Virus record (IMG/VR): IMGVR_UViG_3300021197_001081
Span: 1 to 56,070 of that record
Source: a virus
Taxonomy: Duplodnaviria > Caudoviricetes
Reading direction: 5' to 3' (one strand)
Length of the DNA: 56,070 nt
Under the pieces are notes generated by a model, which saw nothing but the letters and a program-made list of their open reading frames with translations, was not told the DNA's origin and searched no databases. The stretch's first letter is position 1; every line of letters starts with the position of its first letter. Below are positions 21,326-31,830 of the stretch, piece by piece. A program made the position numbers and the translations under genes.

Positions 21326-24300
21326 TGGATAAATTTACAGAGTTATATAATTACTTAAAGGAAGAAGGATTAACAGATTTATCTGCAGAAGAATTCAAAG
21401 CTGAGTATGCAGCAGGTACTGCTAAAAATACTGAACTATATTCTTATTTAAAAGCTGAAAAATTAACAGATTTAGATGCGGAAAAATTTAATATAGAGTA
21501 TTTCCCTGGTGTTGAAAAAAAAAATCCAAACGACATTTCTCCTTCAAACACTCCAGAGGTTATTACGGACTCTACTACAGAAGCTCCAGAGGTCGTGGAT
21601 ACTTCTTCGGATACCACCACACTTGAAAAACCTTTAGGTGACAATACTGTAGTAGATGTACAGGAAGAAGACAATATGGTTACCGAATACCCTGCATACG
21701 ATCCTCGTGAGCAAGGTAAAGAAATAAATGCAAACCCAATTACATATAATTCCAGCGACTCTCAGTTTGACAAATCTTTGGCTTTTGTAACAGCTGATTT
21801 AATTGACAGAGAGGAAAGTGAAGTAGTCAACAGAATGAGATATCATTTTGAAGACTATGGTTTTGACTTTGAACAAGGTGGTGGCTTTATGAGTGGATTA
21901 GATGGAATGAAAGTTACATCTAAAGATGATCCCACTAAAAGCATAAACATTAATCTTGATCCTTTTTTTGGAGATATTTTTGGTGGTGAGTCAGGGCCTG
22001 CAAAAGAACTTAGAAAGTTTTTAAAAGAAAACAGAAGAACTGACCAGAGAATGCAAAGTCTGGATGCTTCGTATGATAAAAACAGAAAAAAATATTTTAG
22101 TGCAGAAGCAACTAAAGAAGATATTCAAGCTGTAAGAAATTCAGCTAAATCTTTAAATGAAGATTATAAAGTTTATCAAGACAGAAAAGCTATTCATGAA
22201 GCAGAAATGGAAGCATTAATGTCTCAAGGCAAGGATGTACAGAACACTCCTGAATGGAAGCTTAAATACCAACAAACTTTATTGGCAGGTAAAAGATTAA
22301 AACAATTTCAAAACAAACTTCAAAAAGACTATAGTAGTTACACACAATTTCAAAGTCAAGTAAATTCATCTGTTGGTAATTATATATCAATGAAAGAATC
22401 AGACGATAGTACATTTTTTGGCGGTTTAGTAAATGATTTTGTTGGCCCTGGTGTAAGTGAAGTTCTTGCGTCTGTTTGGGGTGCTGGTGTTGATGGGTTT
22501 TATAAAGTAGCTCAGTTTATTGACGAAGACTTTGGAATGACTGCTGAAGAAAAAAAAGATCGTTATATTGATATTGCAAAAGATCTTGGGTATCCAGTTC
22601 CTGAAAATATAGAAGACGATGCTGTTTACACAAAGTGGTTAGAAGGTTTGCAGGAGCAAGGGTTTGATGATGAAGAAGTAGAGTCAGAAAAAATAGGTGA
22701 ATTGTCAATTAATACGTTTCCTAAAGAAATAATGGAACGACTTGAAGCTGATGGTTTTGATTTAAGTAAGCCAACTTTAAATGGACAATACTTTAATAAA
22801 AATCAGTCAGGATTTAATAAATTTTTAAATGGACAATACATTGACCTTCCTGACTATGCTTATGATAAAACAAGAGGTGAGCGATTAAAAAGATTGGTAT
22901 TAGATCAAGAGGTAAAAGAAAATAAAAATCCACAAAAAGATTTAATAAAAAAATACTTTAACGAAATATTATCTGCAGATGATATCTCAGATGAAAAATA
23001 CGCTAAACAATCTAATAGCAATATTGTTTATACTGGACTTTCTGGTCTTGCTAAGTCTCTTCCATCTGTATTAGTTTCTTTTGCTTCAAGAGGAAAAATA
23101 GCTCCAGCTGTTGGAGTGGGAGCGGCAAAAAGAAATTTAGTTGCAAGAGGGTTAGGTCTAACAACAAAAGGAGGAATTGCCCAAACAATTTCATTTGCTA
23201 TGTTGCAAGCTGAAGCAATGAATGTTGAAATGAATAATGATCCTGATTTTAAGTATGTTACTGAGTCAGAAAGAAAAAACATAATTATTCCAACATCTAT
23301 TACAGTAGGTCTTTTAGAACGTTATGGTTTTAGAAATATAGCGTCAAACAAAGCTATAATGACTGGTTTAATGAACAGGGTAACTAATGCTTTACCTAAA
23401 GGAGCTACCGCGCAAATGTTCAAAAACAAGATGAATGATGTTATTCAAAGCAATATTGCTCGTGGCATTTTTTCAAACAAAGCTGTAAAAGCTGCTACAA
23501 CTTTTACTGGTCGAGTTACTAAAGCTGCTTTGGCAGAAGCAGAAACAGGTGGTCTTCAGCAAATAGCTGAGATGGGCTACAAAGATGTGTGGAACAACAT
23601 GAATAATAAAGACATGTTTGAACAGCCTGAATTATGGACTAAAGAGTTTTGGGGAACTGTTGGGCATGCTGCAGCTGCTGAAGCTGTAGGTGGTTTTGTG
23701 ATGGGTGTTCCTGGGGCAGTAATTGCGGCAGCTAAAAACAAAACAGAAGACTTGCTTTCTGATGATCTTGTTGACATGTTTGACATGATAAGAAATGATG
23801 AAATAACTGTAGAAGCTTATCAAGCACAATTAGATTTATCAGTTGCTAATGGTACAATAACAGCTGAAAAAGCAGCACAAGATTTATTAGATTTTAACAC
23901 ATTAAGTGGAGCTGCTAATACTTTACCAAGCGACTTAGATGTTAACTCAAGAAAAAAAGGATTATTATTGATTTTTGAGCAGCAGCAATTAGAAGCTGAA
24001 ATGGAAAAATTAAATAAGAATTTAAATTCTTATAAAACCAAAGAAGCCAGAGTTGAAGAAATAAAAAACGAAATTGGACAGCTTGGAACTAATCAAGCTC
24101 AAGCAAATACCAATTTAAGAAATGAGACTGAAGGAATTCAAGATTCTGTTTTAGTTACAGAAGAAGATGCCACAAAATCTTTACAAGATAAGGGGGTGCA
24201 AAACCCTACAGTTGAACAAATTAAAGCCGAACAAGATGCCTTACAAAAGCAAAGCACAACGAGCCTGGATGCACAAGAATCTTCCAGAAGTAGCGAAGAG

Positions 24301-27300
24301 GTGGGACAAAGCGTACCCAACAGCCAGTCTACCCAACAGAGCGAAACCGAAGACAAAGCTCAAGACAAGAAGAAGACCGAAGAGAAAGTAAGTAAAGACG
24401 ATCAAAATGACATTGATGATTTCTTTGGTGATGAAGTTTTAGATGACGTTGAAACCTCTTCAGATAATTTATCTATAAATAGAAAACAAGTAGAGGGAGA
24501 TACAGAAATAGAGAATACAACTTTAGCAGCAGCTGTAGTAAATAAAGCTAAAAAAGCTGCACGAGCAATTGCTAAAATAGCACCTGAAGTGAAGATAGTT
24601 TTGCACGACACTCAAGCAGAATACGAAAAGTACGCAACCAAGGGTAGTCGTGGGTATTACAATCCAAACAGTAAAGTTGTACATATTAATTTAACTAAGG
24701 CTAAAGGAAACACAGTAGCTCACGAAGTTTTTCATGCGGTATTTTTAGATAAAATATCAGGGGGTGATGTTCAAGCTCAACAAGCAGCTTTAAAACTGAT
24801 AACCTCTGTAAGAAAAACCTTACCAGCTGAATCATTGTTAGCTAAAAGAATAGATAATTTTGCTAAAAATTATGATGAAAATATTAAAAATGAAGAGAAG
24901 TTAGCAGAGTTATTCTCTTTGATGGCCACTGAATATAAAACATTAAAGAAGCCAGGGAAGAATAAAGTTATAGAATTTATAAGATCAATGGCGGCTAAAT
25001 TAGGCGTTAAAATCCCTGGTGGTTTTGGTAAAACAGACGAGTCAGTTATAGATTTTATGAATGCATTTTCTAAAAAAGTTAGAACTGGTACTGAAATAAC
25101 AGAAGGTGATGTAGATGTTTTAAATAAAATAAATGAAATGCAGGGCGGTGAAAACATTACCAATCCTGCAAATGCATTTAGAGAACAAAGGGTAGGAGGC
25201 TTTGATATTAAATATACCGAAAACGAAAAAATATCACAGTATATAAAAGATGGAAGAATTACTGAGCCAAAAAACCTTGAAAAATTTAGAGGAAATAAAA
25301 CTGCAATTACTTCACCTGATGACATGGTGGTTGGTGAAATATCTTTTAATGGTGAAAAAATATTTGAAGGACAAGGAGGTTTATTTTTTGTAACTAAGTT
25401 TGGAGATGTATGGGCTGCTGGAGATAAAACGACAGCAACTAAATTAGCAGACATGATTAATAGAAGTGTTGATGCTAATGGCGGAAAAGGATATCTTACT
25501 TTGACGAAAGGGACAGATAAAAAATTGATTAGTAGTGCCGCTGGAGTTAATTCAAGTCTTGGGGTAATTGATGTTTTGCTTAATCAAAATATTTTACCTA
25601 AATCAGTTGTAAGAACTGCTGTTAAAAAAGTTATAAGCGATTTCGGTGGTGGTAATATAGATTTAACTGGAACATCAAAACAAATGGTTTCACAGTTAAG
25701 AGATTTTTTTGGAGATAAAAAGAATGCCACTTTTGAAGCTCGTGGAACTGTAATGGAAAGAATAATTGCAGAGATAGGTATGGATAAAAGACTTGGAGAT
25801 TTAAAAAAGAAGAACTCTAAGTTAACTAAAATTTTAGGAGGTGATTCATCTAAAACTTTGGTGGGTGGTAAGACAAGTAGAACAGCAAATAGTTTAGTAG
25901 ACTTAGTTGCTTCATTAGCCGCAGAACAAATCACCAAAGGATTAAATACTGGAGATATTTATGGAGTGATTGAAGTGGATGGTAAAGTTGAATATTATCC
26001 AGGCACTCATCCAAGTTACCCTGCACATATAAGACAGGTTAACAAAAAACCTCCTACGCTGCACTTACCTAAAAACAGACCTGCTGCAAGGGATTACTTG
26101 ATGAGAGATAGTAATAAAATTTATAAAACTCCAGCTGTTAGTCCAACAGAATATGGATCATTTTATGAGTTAGATTCTAAAGTAGAAAGTTCTACTGAAT
26201 CAAAGACTGAGAAAAGACAAGGTAGAGAACAGTCTACTGAACAGCAAGTAAAAGATCAAACTGGAATGCCAGCAAGTGGCTTCTATAGCGCTCAAGCTAT
26301 GGTATCTGATATCCAACGCCAGTTTAATAGAATTGGTCCAGGATATGTGGCTAAAAGAGCCAAGCAAGGCGCTTATGGAGGCGGTGGCGGCGTATATGTC
26401 ATTGGCCCTAATAAGCGTATTGTAAAAAATCCTACACGAAAAGGACGTCAACAGGCAATGGATAATGAAAACGATTTGCTTAGAATTATAATAGCTGGCC
26501 GAGAAGAAGGAGGTTTTGAAGATGCAGCTATAAAAGATTATTTAAAGAGAAGAAAAAGAAAGGTTGATGGTAAAACAGCAAGTGCTTATAGTGCGAAAGA
26601 AATTAATGCTGCATTCAAAGTTTTAGAAAGCGAAGCTTTTGATTCTTACATGTTTAGAGAATACCCTACAAGTTTTAATGACATAAAAGGTGGTTTTCTG
26701 GCTGGTCTTAAATTAATGAAAGATGTTGATACTTACTATAAAAAATTAGTTGAAAAGAATAATTTAATTAAAGACAGAGTTGCAAAAAACAGGAAGACAA
26801 AACAAGTACCACTGACTGACGAACAAATTAATTTAAAAGTTTTAGATTACTTTATGTCGCTCCCTGGATACAAAAGCGTAGGGGTAAAAGGTAAAAGACA
26901 GACATCTCAACAGCTTGCTATGGAACGTGATATGTTAAACATACTGCTTCCTGATCCATTAAAGGCTAATCCTAAACGTATTGCAGCAATAAACAGAAGG
27001 ATAAAAAACATAAAGTTTACTGAAAGAAACCTTAAAGGTGTTCAGAGAGCTTTAAGAAATTACATAAGAACCGTACTACCAAGAGATTTATATACTAAAA
27101 AAGAAATAACTGATTTAATTGATAAGGTGAATAGAGTAAACGCTACAAACTTTGAATCAGTTAAAGATGAGGTTTTTAAAATAGTTACTACAAAAACAAA
27201 CAAAAGACTTGAGAGTGTTTTATTTAAGATGCTCGACAAAGGGTATACCACTATTCAAAGTGGTAGATTTAAAGGTGTAAAAATTGATAATGAAACTCGT

Positions 27301-30243
27301 AAAAAGTTAAATCGTATCAATAAATTAGTAGTGAACCCTAAGTCAACTGGAGATCAAATAATGGAAGCCAATGAAAAACTTTTAAAATTATATAATAAAG
27401 TTTCTACAGAAGAGGTGGTAGACGAAAAAGATAAAAAAAGTCGTAAGACTAAATCTACATTTAGTAAAAGTGATTTACAGCAGATGGCTGAAATTACATT
27501 AGCTATGCAGATAAACACATCTTTTACTCAAGAAATGAATGACTCTAATAAAACTACTCAGTTAAGCTCAGTAATCAATAGCTTAAAACAAATAGAAGAG
27601 TCTGGGAAAGCTAATTTTGAGTACGAATTACTACAAGACGCTATACAATACAGAGAGAATGAGAGAGCTGTATACAAGGATATGACAGGTATAGATATTG
27701 ATGCAAAACAATCACTTATTGACCAAGGTATACCTGAGAATGAAATTACTGAGTTTATGGTAAACGAAGAGTTTCAAAAAATTAAAAAAGATATTTCACT
27801 TGATGCTAAAGAATCAGGTGGCTTGAAAGTAGAAGGTGTTATAAAAAGATTTAAAGGTTCACTAAATAGTTTAGCCGCTAAAATTGAGCAAGGGTTATTT
27901 GGAAGTGCAGAAGATATGACAGGTTTGATAGATAGAATATCTACACAACCAGGGGAAATATTTGAAGGTGCAACTCAAGAGCTGACGCAGAAAAAAATAC
28001 GTTCTTCTTCAAGAGTTTATAAGTCAAGAATGATTGGACAGCAATTAAGTCTTTCTAATAAAATGACAGAATTATTTGGTGAGAAATGGGTTAAAATAAA
28101 CAGAAAAAACTCTCAGATGACTGAATCTATTGTTCGCAGTAAGGTCAAAGATGATTTACTACAAGGACAATTAAAAGAAGCTCAAGAAAATAAAACTCTG
28201 AAGAAAGGAGAACGAACAGCTTTAATTAATTCAATACAAAAGGAGATTGATCAAAACACAGTAAACTTAAGTCAAAACCAATTGCTTTATTATTACTCAC
28301 AGATGCAAGATCCTTCTTTAGAGGGGAGTATGATAAACACTTTTAATCCCACAAGAAAGGGGAATATAGTGTTTGATAATGAATTTAAGAGCAGAATAGA
28401 GCAAGAGATAAGCGATAAATTAGATGACAGATTAAAAGACCTGTCTGAGTGGATGATAAAAGATTATTATCCAACTTCTTATGACCACTACAATAATACT
28501 TACAAGAAGATTTACAGGACTGATATGCCTTGGAATCAAAACTATGCTGGTCGTGTGTATCGTCAAAACGAAAACGACATGGAGGCCTTAGATTTATTAG
28601 CCGACAGTCAATCATGGATTACAAACGTTGGTTCTGCAAGTACTAAAGTAAGAGTTCAAAACACAAACCCAATTGAAAAAGTAGATGGTATAGATGCATT
28701 ACTTAATTATACTAAGGATATGGAGTATTTTGCTGCATATGGTGTGGCTATAAGAGATATTAATAAAATATTTTCATCACCAATGATCAAAGAAACCATT
28801 AAAGAAAAATTTGGTTCTACTATTTACACATATATTGATGATTCTATAAAAAAAATAGCAAACAAGGGAATACAATCACAAAGACAAATACAAATAATAA
28901 ATACTTTTAATAATACATTTTTATTATCTCGTTTAGGTTTAAACCCAACACTTATATTAAAACAAATGACATCTTTCATCACTTATGGAAATGACATTGG
29001 TTATTTGAATTGGGTTAAAAATGCCGCTATGAGTACGACTCAAGCAAAAAAATTAGTAAACGAAGTTTTAGACAACTCAATTGTCCTACAAGACAGGTAT
29101 GGACAAACAATTAAAAGAGCTGTAGAAACATATGCTGATGAAAAGTTTGAAAAAATGAACGGTGGTTTATTAGAGCGTTTTGGATTGACAAACGCAAAAC
29201 AAGACAAGATTAGTAAAATTTTAATGTGGACCACAATGACAGGGGATAAAGGCGCTATACTTGTTGGTGGTGTTCCAAATTACTTATACTATAAAAATGA
29301 ATTTAAAAAGAAAAACCCTGAAGCATCAGAACAAGAGGTTATTGATCATGCAATAAAAAAGTTTGAAGCTGATACATTAAGAACTCAGCAGTCATCTGAT
29401 TTACAAGATAAAGATTACTTTCAAACTAAAGGGGCGCTTATAAGAGCCTTTAACATGTTCTTGACAACTCCAAAACAATATTTCCGTAGAGAAATTATTG
29501 CAGCAAGAAACATGTATAGAATTGTTAAAAGTGGTGGTAAGCAGGGTAAAGGGGTTATAAAAGATAATGGAGAATTAGATTACTGGAGAAGTTTAGGTAA
29601 ATCTGCAAGAAGTTTAGCAGTGTATCATGTGGTGATGCCAGTGGTATTCCAGTGGGTATCTGCTGGATTGCCAGGACTTTTAAGAGGGATGAATGAGGAG
29701 GACGAAAAAGATTTAGGAATAGCCGCTCTTTTAGGTAATTTAAATGCTTTGTTTATTATAGGAAAAGTAGCTGAGACTCTTAAAGATGTTGCGTTAGGCA
29801 AGCCTTGGGCAAAAACTCCATCAACAATTCCAATTTTAGGACAAACATCACAGCTGGCAGATTTATACATGCGTGCGCAAAAATCAAAAGGTGTAAAGAG
29901 AGAAGAAGCTATGAATAAATTTATGGCAGAAGCAATTGCTCTTACAGGTATACCAGCCCCACAATTAAGGAAGTTTATGAAAAACTTTTCTGAAATTGGT
30001 GACTCAAAATCTGCAGGGGAGTTTATCTTAAAACTTTTTAATTTTTCTGAATATCAGCAAAGAGGAGGTAAGAAAGGTAAAGGTTTTAAATTAACAAAAA
30101 CTGAACTAAAAGAATATTTCCCAGAACTATACCCAGAAACTGAAGAAGACGGTCCACTGGAAGATTATCTTAAATTACAGAAAGAAGCTAAAGCAGAACA
30201 AAAACGTTTAAGAAAAGAACTCCTTGATCAAATGTATAAATAA
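21325..30243 (+). CDS. Giant internal virion / large polyvalent protein with a zincin-like HEXXH domain
   Basis: 2972 aa. RGYYNPNSKVVHINL...AHEVFHAVFL at 24721-24735 with downstream EEKLAELF; helical C-terminal region. No DxDxD RNA polymerase motif seen. Confidence 0.7.
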   Translation: MDKFTELYNYLKEEGLTDLSAEEFKAEYAAGTAKNTELYSYLKAEKLTDLDAEKFNIEYFPGVEKKNPNDISPSNTPEVITDSTTEAPEVVDTSSDTTTLEKPLGDNTVVDVQEEDNMVTEYPAYDPREQGKEINANPITYNSSDSQFDKSLAFVTADLIDREESEVVNRMRYHFEDYGFDFEQGGGFMSGLDGMKVTSKDDPTKSININLDPFFGDIFGGESGPAKELRKFLKENRRTDQRMQSLDASYDKNRKKYFSAEATKEDIQAVRNSAKSLNEDYKVYQDRKAIHEAEMEALMSQGKDVQNTPEWKLKYQQTLLAGKRLKQFQNKLQKDYSSYTQFQSQVNSSVGNYISMKESDDSTFFGGLVNDFVGPGVSEVLASVWGAGVDGFYKVAQFIDEDFGMTAEEKKDRYIDIAKDLGYPVPENIEDDAVYTKWLEGLQEQGFDDEEVESEKIGELSINTFPKEIMERLEADGFDLSKPTLNGQYFNKNQSGFNKFLNGQYIDLPDYAYDKTRGERLKRLVLDQEVKENKNPQKDLIKKYFNEILSADDISDEKYAKQSNSNIVYTGLSGLAKSLPSVLVSFASRGKIAPAVGVGAAKRNLVARGLGLTTKGGIAQTISFAMLQAEAMNVEMNNDPDFKYVTESERKNIIIPTSITVGLLERYGFRNIASNKAIMTGLMNRVTNALPKGATAQMFKNKMNDVIQSNIARGIFSNKAVKAATTFTGRVTKAALAEAETGGLQQIAEMGYKDVWNNMNNKDMFEQPELWTKEFWGTVGHAAAAEAVGGFVMGVPGAVIAAAKNKTEDLLSDDLVDMFDMIRNDEITVEAYQAQLDLSVANGTITAEKAAQDLLDFNTLSGAANTLPSDLDVNSRKKGLLLIFEQQQLEAEMEKLNKNLNSYKTKEARVEEIKNEIGQLGTNQAQANTNLRNETEGIQDSVLVTEEDATKSLQDKGVQNPTVEQIKAEQDALQKQSTTSLDAQESSRSSEEVGQSVPNSQSTQQSETEDKAQDKKKTEEKVSKDDQNDIDDFFGDEVLDDVETSSDNLSINRKQVEGDTEIENTTLAAAVVNKAKKAARAIAKIAPEVKIVLHDTQAEYEKYATKGSRGYYNPNSKVVHINLTKAKGNTVAHEVFHAVFLDKISGGDVQAQQAALKLITSVRKTLPAESLLAKRIDNFAKNYDENIKNEEKLAELFSLMATEYKTLKKPGKNKVIEFIRSMAAKLGVKIPGGFGKTDESVIDFMNAFSKKVRTGTEITEGDVDVLNKINEMQGGENITNPANAFREQRVGGFDIKYTENEKISQYIKDGRITEPKNLEKFRGNKTAITSPDDMVVGEISFNGEKIFEGQGGLFFVTKFGDVWAAGDKTTATKLADMINRSVDANGGKGYLTLTKGTDKKLISSAAGVNSSLGVIDVLLNQNILPKSVVRTAVKKVISDFGGGNIDLTGTSKQMVSQLRDFFGDKKNATFEARGTVMERIIAEIGMDKRLGDLKKKNSKLTKILGGDSSKTLVGGKTSRTANSLVDLVASLAAEQITKGLNTGDIYGVIEVDGKVEYYPGTHPSYPAHIRQVNKKPPTLHLPKNRPAARDYLMRDSNKIYKTPAVSPTEYGSFYELDSKVESSTESKTEKRQGREQSTEQQVKDQTGMPASGFYSAQAMVSDIQRQFNRIGPGYVAKRAKQGAYGGGGGVYVIGPNKRIVKNPTRKGRQQAMDNENDLLRIIIAGREEGGFEDAAIKDYLKRRKRKVDGKTASAYSAKEINAAFKVLESEAFDSYMFREYPTSFNDIKGGFLAGLKLMKDVDTYYKKLVEKNNLIKDRVAKNRKTKQVPLTDEQINLKVLDYFMSLPGYKSVGVKGKRQTSQQLAMERDMLNILLPDPLKANPKRIAAINRRIKNIKFTERNLKGVQRALRNYIRTVLPRDLYTKKEITDLIDKVNRVNATNFESVKDEVFKIVTTKTNKRLESVLFKMLDKGYTTIQSGRFKGVKIDNETRKKLNRINKLVVNPKSTGDQIMEANEKLLKLYNKVSTEEVVDEKDKKSRKTKSTFSKSDLQQMAEITLAMQINTSFTQEMNDSNKTTQLSSVINSLKQIEESGKANFEYELLQDAIQYRENERAVYKDMTGIDIDAKQSLIDQGIPENEITEFMVNEEFQKIKKDISLDAKESGGLKVEGVIKRFKGSLNSLAAKIEQGLFGSAEDMTGLIDRISTQPGEIFEGATQELTQKKIRSSSRVYKSRMIGQQLSLSNKMTELFGEKWVKINRKNSQMTESIVRSKVKDDLLQGQLKEAQENKTLKKGERTALINSIQKEIDQNTVNLSQNQLLYYYSQMQDPSLEGSMINTFNPTRKGNIVFDNEFKSRIEQEISDKLDDRLKDLSEWMIKDYYPTSYDHYNNTYKKIYRTDMPWNQNYAGRVYRQNENDMEALDLLADSQSWITNVGSASTKVRVQNTNPIEKVDGIDALLNYTKDMEYFAAYGVAIRDINKIFSSPMIKETIKEKFGSTIYTYIDDSIKKIANKGIQSQRQIQIINTFNNTFLLSRLGLNPTLILKQMTSFITYGNDIGYLNWVKNAAMSTTQAKKLVNEVLDNSIVLQDRYGQTIKRAVETYADEKFEKMNGGLLERFGLTNAKQDKISKILMWTTMTGDKGAILVGGVPNYLYYKNEFKKKNPEASEQEVIDHAIKKFEADTLRTQQSSDLQDKDYFQTKGALIRAFNMFLTTPKQYFRREIIAARNMYRIVKSGGKQGKGVIKDNGELDYWRSLGKSARSLAVYHVVMPVVFQWVSAGLPGLLRGMNEEDEKDLGIAALLGNLNALFIIGKVAETLKDVALGKPWAKTPSTIPILGQTSQLADLYMRAQKSKGVKREEAMNKFMAEAIALTGIPAPQLRKFMKNFSEIGDSKSAGEFILKLFNFSEYQQRGGKKGKGFKLTKTELKEYFPELYPETEEDGPLEDYLKLQKEAKAEQKRLRKELLDQMYK
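24236..24391 (+). CDS. Overprinted basic microprotein (51 aa) in the +1 frame of the giant gene
   Basis: MPYKSKAQRAWMHKNLPEVAKRWDKAYP... resembles stand-alone phage microproteins of the MP(F/Y)KSKAQRxWM...AKRW type (recognised from memory). Confidence 0.6.
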   Translation: MPYKSKAQRAWMHKNLPEVAKRWDKAYPTASLPNRAKPKTKLKTRRRPKRK

Positions 30244-30245
30244 AT

Positions 30246-30485
30246 ATGGTATTTAACGAACATCAATGCATGATAGATAGTTACAAGCTTTTGACAGGTA
30301 AGGAAACTTATACTCAAATGCTTGAACACAGGGAAAATGTGTATTTAGTGTTTAATCCTTCAGTTCCTGTTATTCCTATGGAAGATGATGTTTATGACAA
30401 TGTTAGAAAGTACTTTGAAGATATTGAAGACTACGAGAAGTGCGCTGAAATACACTGGGCTAAGTGTAAGGCTAAAAATTCTTAG
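30246..30485 (+). CDS. Hypothetical protein with a UVR-like EDYEKCAEI motif
   Basis: 79 aa, starts 2 nt after the giant gene. Confidence 0.6.
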   Translation: MVFNEHQCMIDSYKLLTGKETYTQMLEHRENVYLVFNPSVPVIPMEDDVYDNVRKYFEDIEDYEKCAEIHWAKCKAKNS

Positions 30486-30792
30486 AATAATTTCTCCGTT
30501 CCGCTTCCAGTTTATAATATAAAAATGCTTGAAATCCATTTAAGTGTGAGTCCGTAGGAAAAAAGTATTTCCATCCTTTTGACCTTCCTTTATTTATGTA
30601 ATAAAAAAAAGCTACTGCAACTTTACCTCCTGTTTTAGAAAAATTAACGCAAGCGCTATGGTCGGATGTGGGGATTATTTCTTCTACAGTAAAACTTTCA
30701 TTATTTACGTTTCCTACTCTTTTTACATTAGAATATCGTTCTGCAATTGTTTCACAAAAGTTTTGTAATTCTGTAGCGATTCCTTTATTCAT
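30472..30792 (-). CDS. Hypothetical protein
   Basis: 106 aa, last gene of the - strand arm, converges on the late arm. Confidence 0.65.
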   Translation of the reverse strand: MNKGIATELQNFCETIAERYSNVKRVGNVNNESFTVEEIIPTSDHSACVNFSKTGGKVAVAFFYYINKGRSKGWKYFFPTDSHLNGFQAFLYYKLEAERRNYSKNF

Positions 30793-30905
30793 AATTTTTG
30801 TTGTAACTTTTTTATTTTTAATAAAACTTTTGGTGACTGGGGAAGTTTTTTTAATCTTAATATTTCAACAATTATAATTTTTTTTTCCTTGTCTTTAAAT
30901 TTCAT
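30789..30905 (-). CDS. Small basic hypothetical protein (38 aa)
   Basis: MKFKDKEKKIIIVEILRLKKLP...; fills the gap and overlaps both neighbours. Not in the ORF track. Confidence 0.5.
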   Translation of the reverse strand: MKFKDKEKKIIIVEILRLKKLPQSPKVLLKIKKLQQKL

Positions 30906-31089
30906 CAGACAAAGATTTTATTAAGTCATTCATAAGTGTAATTATATATTTTGCTTTTTCTTTAGCAAGATCATGGTCTCTATCCATTAAATCTTCATAT
31001 AAATCATTAGTCAAAGAATGCATGCTATCAGCTACATAGGTAATATGATTTATAGCATTAGTATCATTCTCTGAAACTGGATTCGCCAT
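30895..31089 (-). CDS. Hypothetical protein
   Basis: 64 aa, translationally coupled to neighbours. Confidence 0.6.
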   Translation of the reverse strand: MANPVSENDTNAINHITYVADSMHSLTNDLYEDLMDRDHDLAKEKAKYIITLMNDLIKSLSDEI

Positions 31090-31325
31090 TAATCTATAGA
31101 TTTTAATATAAGACGCCCTACTGATGGATCAATTTTAGATATAGCTTTGTATAACTTTTTAGACTTAGACTTCGTAATATTTCTTTCTGTCTGAGTAGAC
31201 TCTGTACCCATGTTTGTGTAAAGTGAACAGTCTATAAAAAGCAAAGTGTCAACCTTCTTTTTTTGAGACCATGAAGTGAAATTCATGATTTTATCTAAAT
31301 CTTCAAACGTATATTTACATTCCAT
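31089..31325 (-). CDS. Hypothetical protein
   Basis: 78 aa, overlapping operon packing. Confidence 0.6.
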   Translation of the reverse strand: MECKYTFEDLDKIMNFTSWSQKKKVDTLLFIDCSLYTNMGTESTQTERNITKSKSKKLYKAISKIDPSVGRLILKSID

Positions 31326-31830
31326 TTAATAAAGTATTTACTTTTTTCTTAAACTCGTCAAATCTATCTCCAACTCTAAAGCCCCACTCTTGACTCAATT
31401 CTAAGTATTTGTGATATTTACCTGTGTAGTTAGAAAGCTTTGTGTTTAGCTCGTCTACTTCCAAATTTAACATTTTATTTTGATTTATAAGGTATCTTAT
31501 CCTTGTTTTTAACTCTTGGTCTGAAACTTCAACAGAGTTATCAACATTTCCAAGCCACATATACATGATATTATTGTGCTTACTGGCTAAGTTTTTGTCA
31601 AATTTTAACAAGAAAGGTAGTTGTTTTAAGCTATGTAATACTGTTGCGTGGTTTTTGTTAAAAACTTTTGCAATATCACTTAGTGTCATATTTAAATGTT
31701 TTCGTAGAATTTTATATAACACAGCTCTTCCGAACACATATATTCTTTGTCTTCTTTTAGAGTTTTGAATTAAATCAATACCCAGCTCTTCGTTTATAAT
31801 TAATATTATATTGGCTATACTTTTATTCAT
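31315..31830 (-). CDS. DnaA C-terminal (domain IV)-like HTH protein with coiled coil
   Basis: KRRQRIYVFGRAVLYKILRKHLNMTLSDIAKVFNKNHATVLHSLK matches the Bac_DnaA_C pattern. Confidence 0.75.
   Translation of the reverse strand: MNKSIANIILIINEELGIDLIQNSKRRQRIYVFGRAVLYKILRKHLNMTLSDIAKVFNKNHATVLHSLKQLPFLLKFDKNLASKHNNIMYMWLGNVDNSVEVSDQELKTRIRYLINQNKMLNLEVDELNTKLSNYTGKYHKYLELSQEWGFRVGDRFDEFKKKVNTLLNGM

Noticed and set aside
22776-22839. 16-bp direct repeat TTTAAATGGACAATAC inside the giant gene
   Set aside because: An in-frame 48-bp-period micro-duplication (LNGQY twice) with only two copies and no sign of a separate function.
3251-29870. Numerous short - strand ORFs opposite the structural genes (e.g. 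24870..25454, 25584..25937, 11024..11380)
   Set aside because: They are antisense shadows of strongly biased coding sequence, with no start context or protein-like motifs.
21325-30243. crAss-like or N4-like virion RNA polymerase
   Set aside because: No DxDxD/DFDxD or T7-type catalytic motifs were found by eye, and host-type promoters are used throughout.
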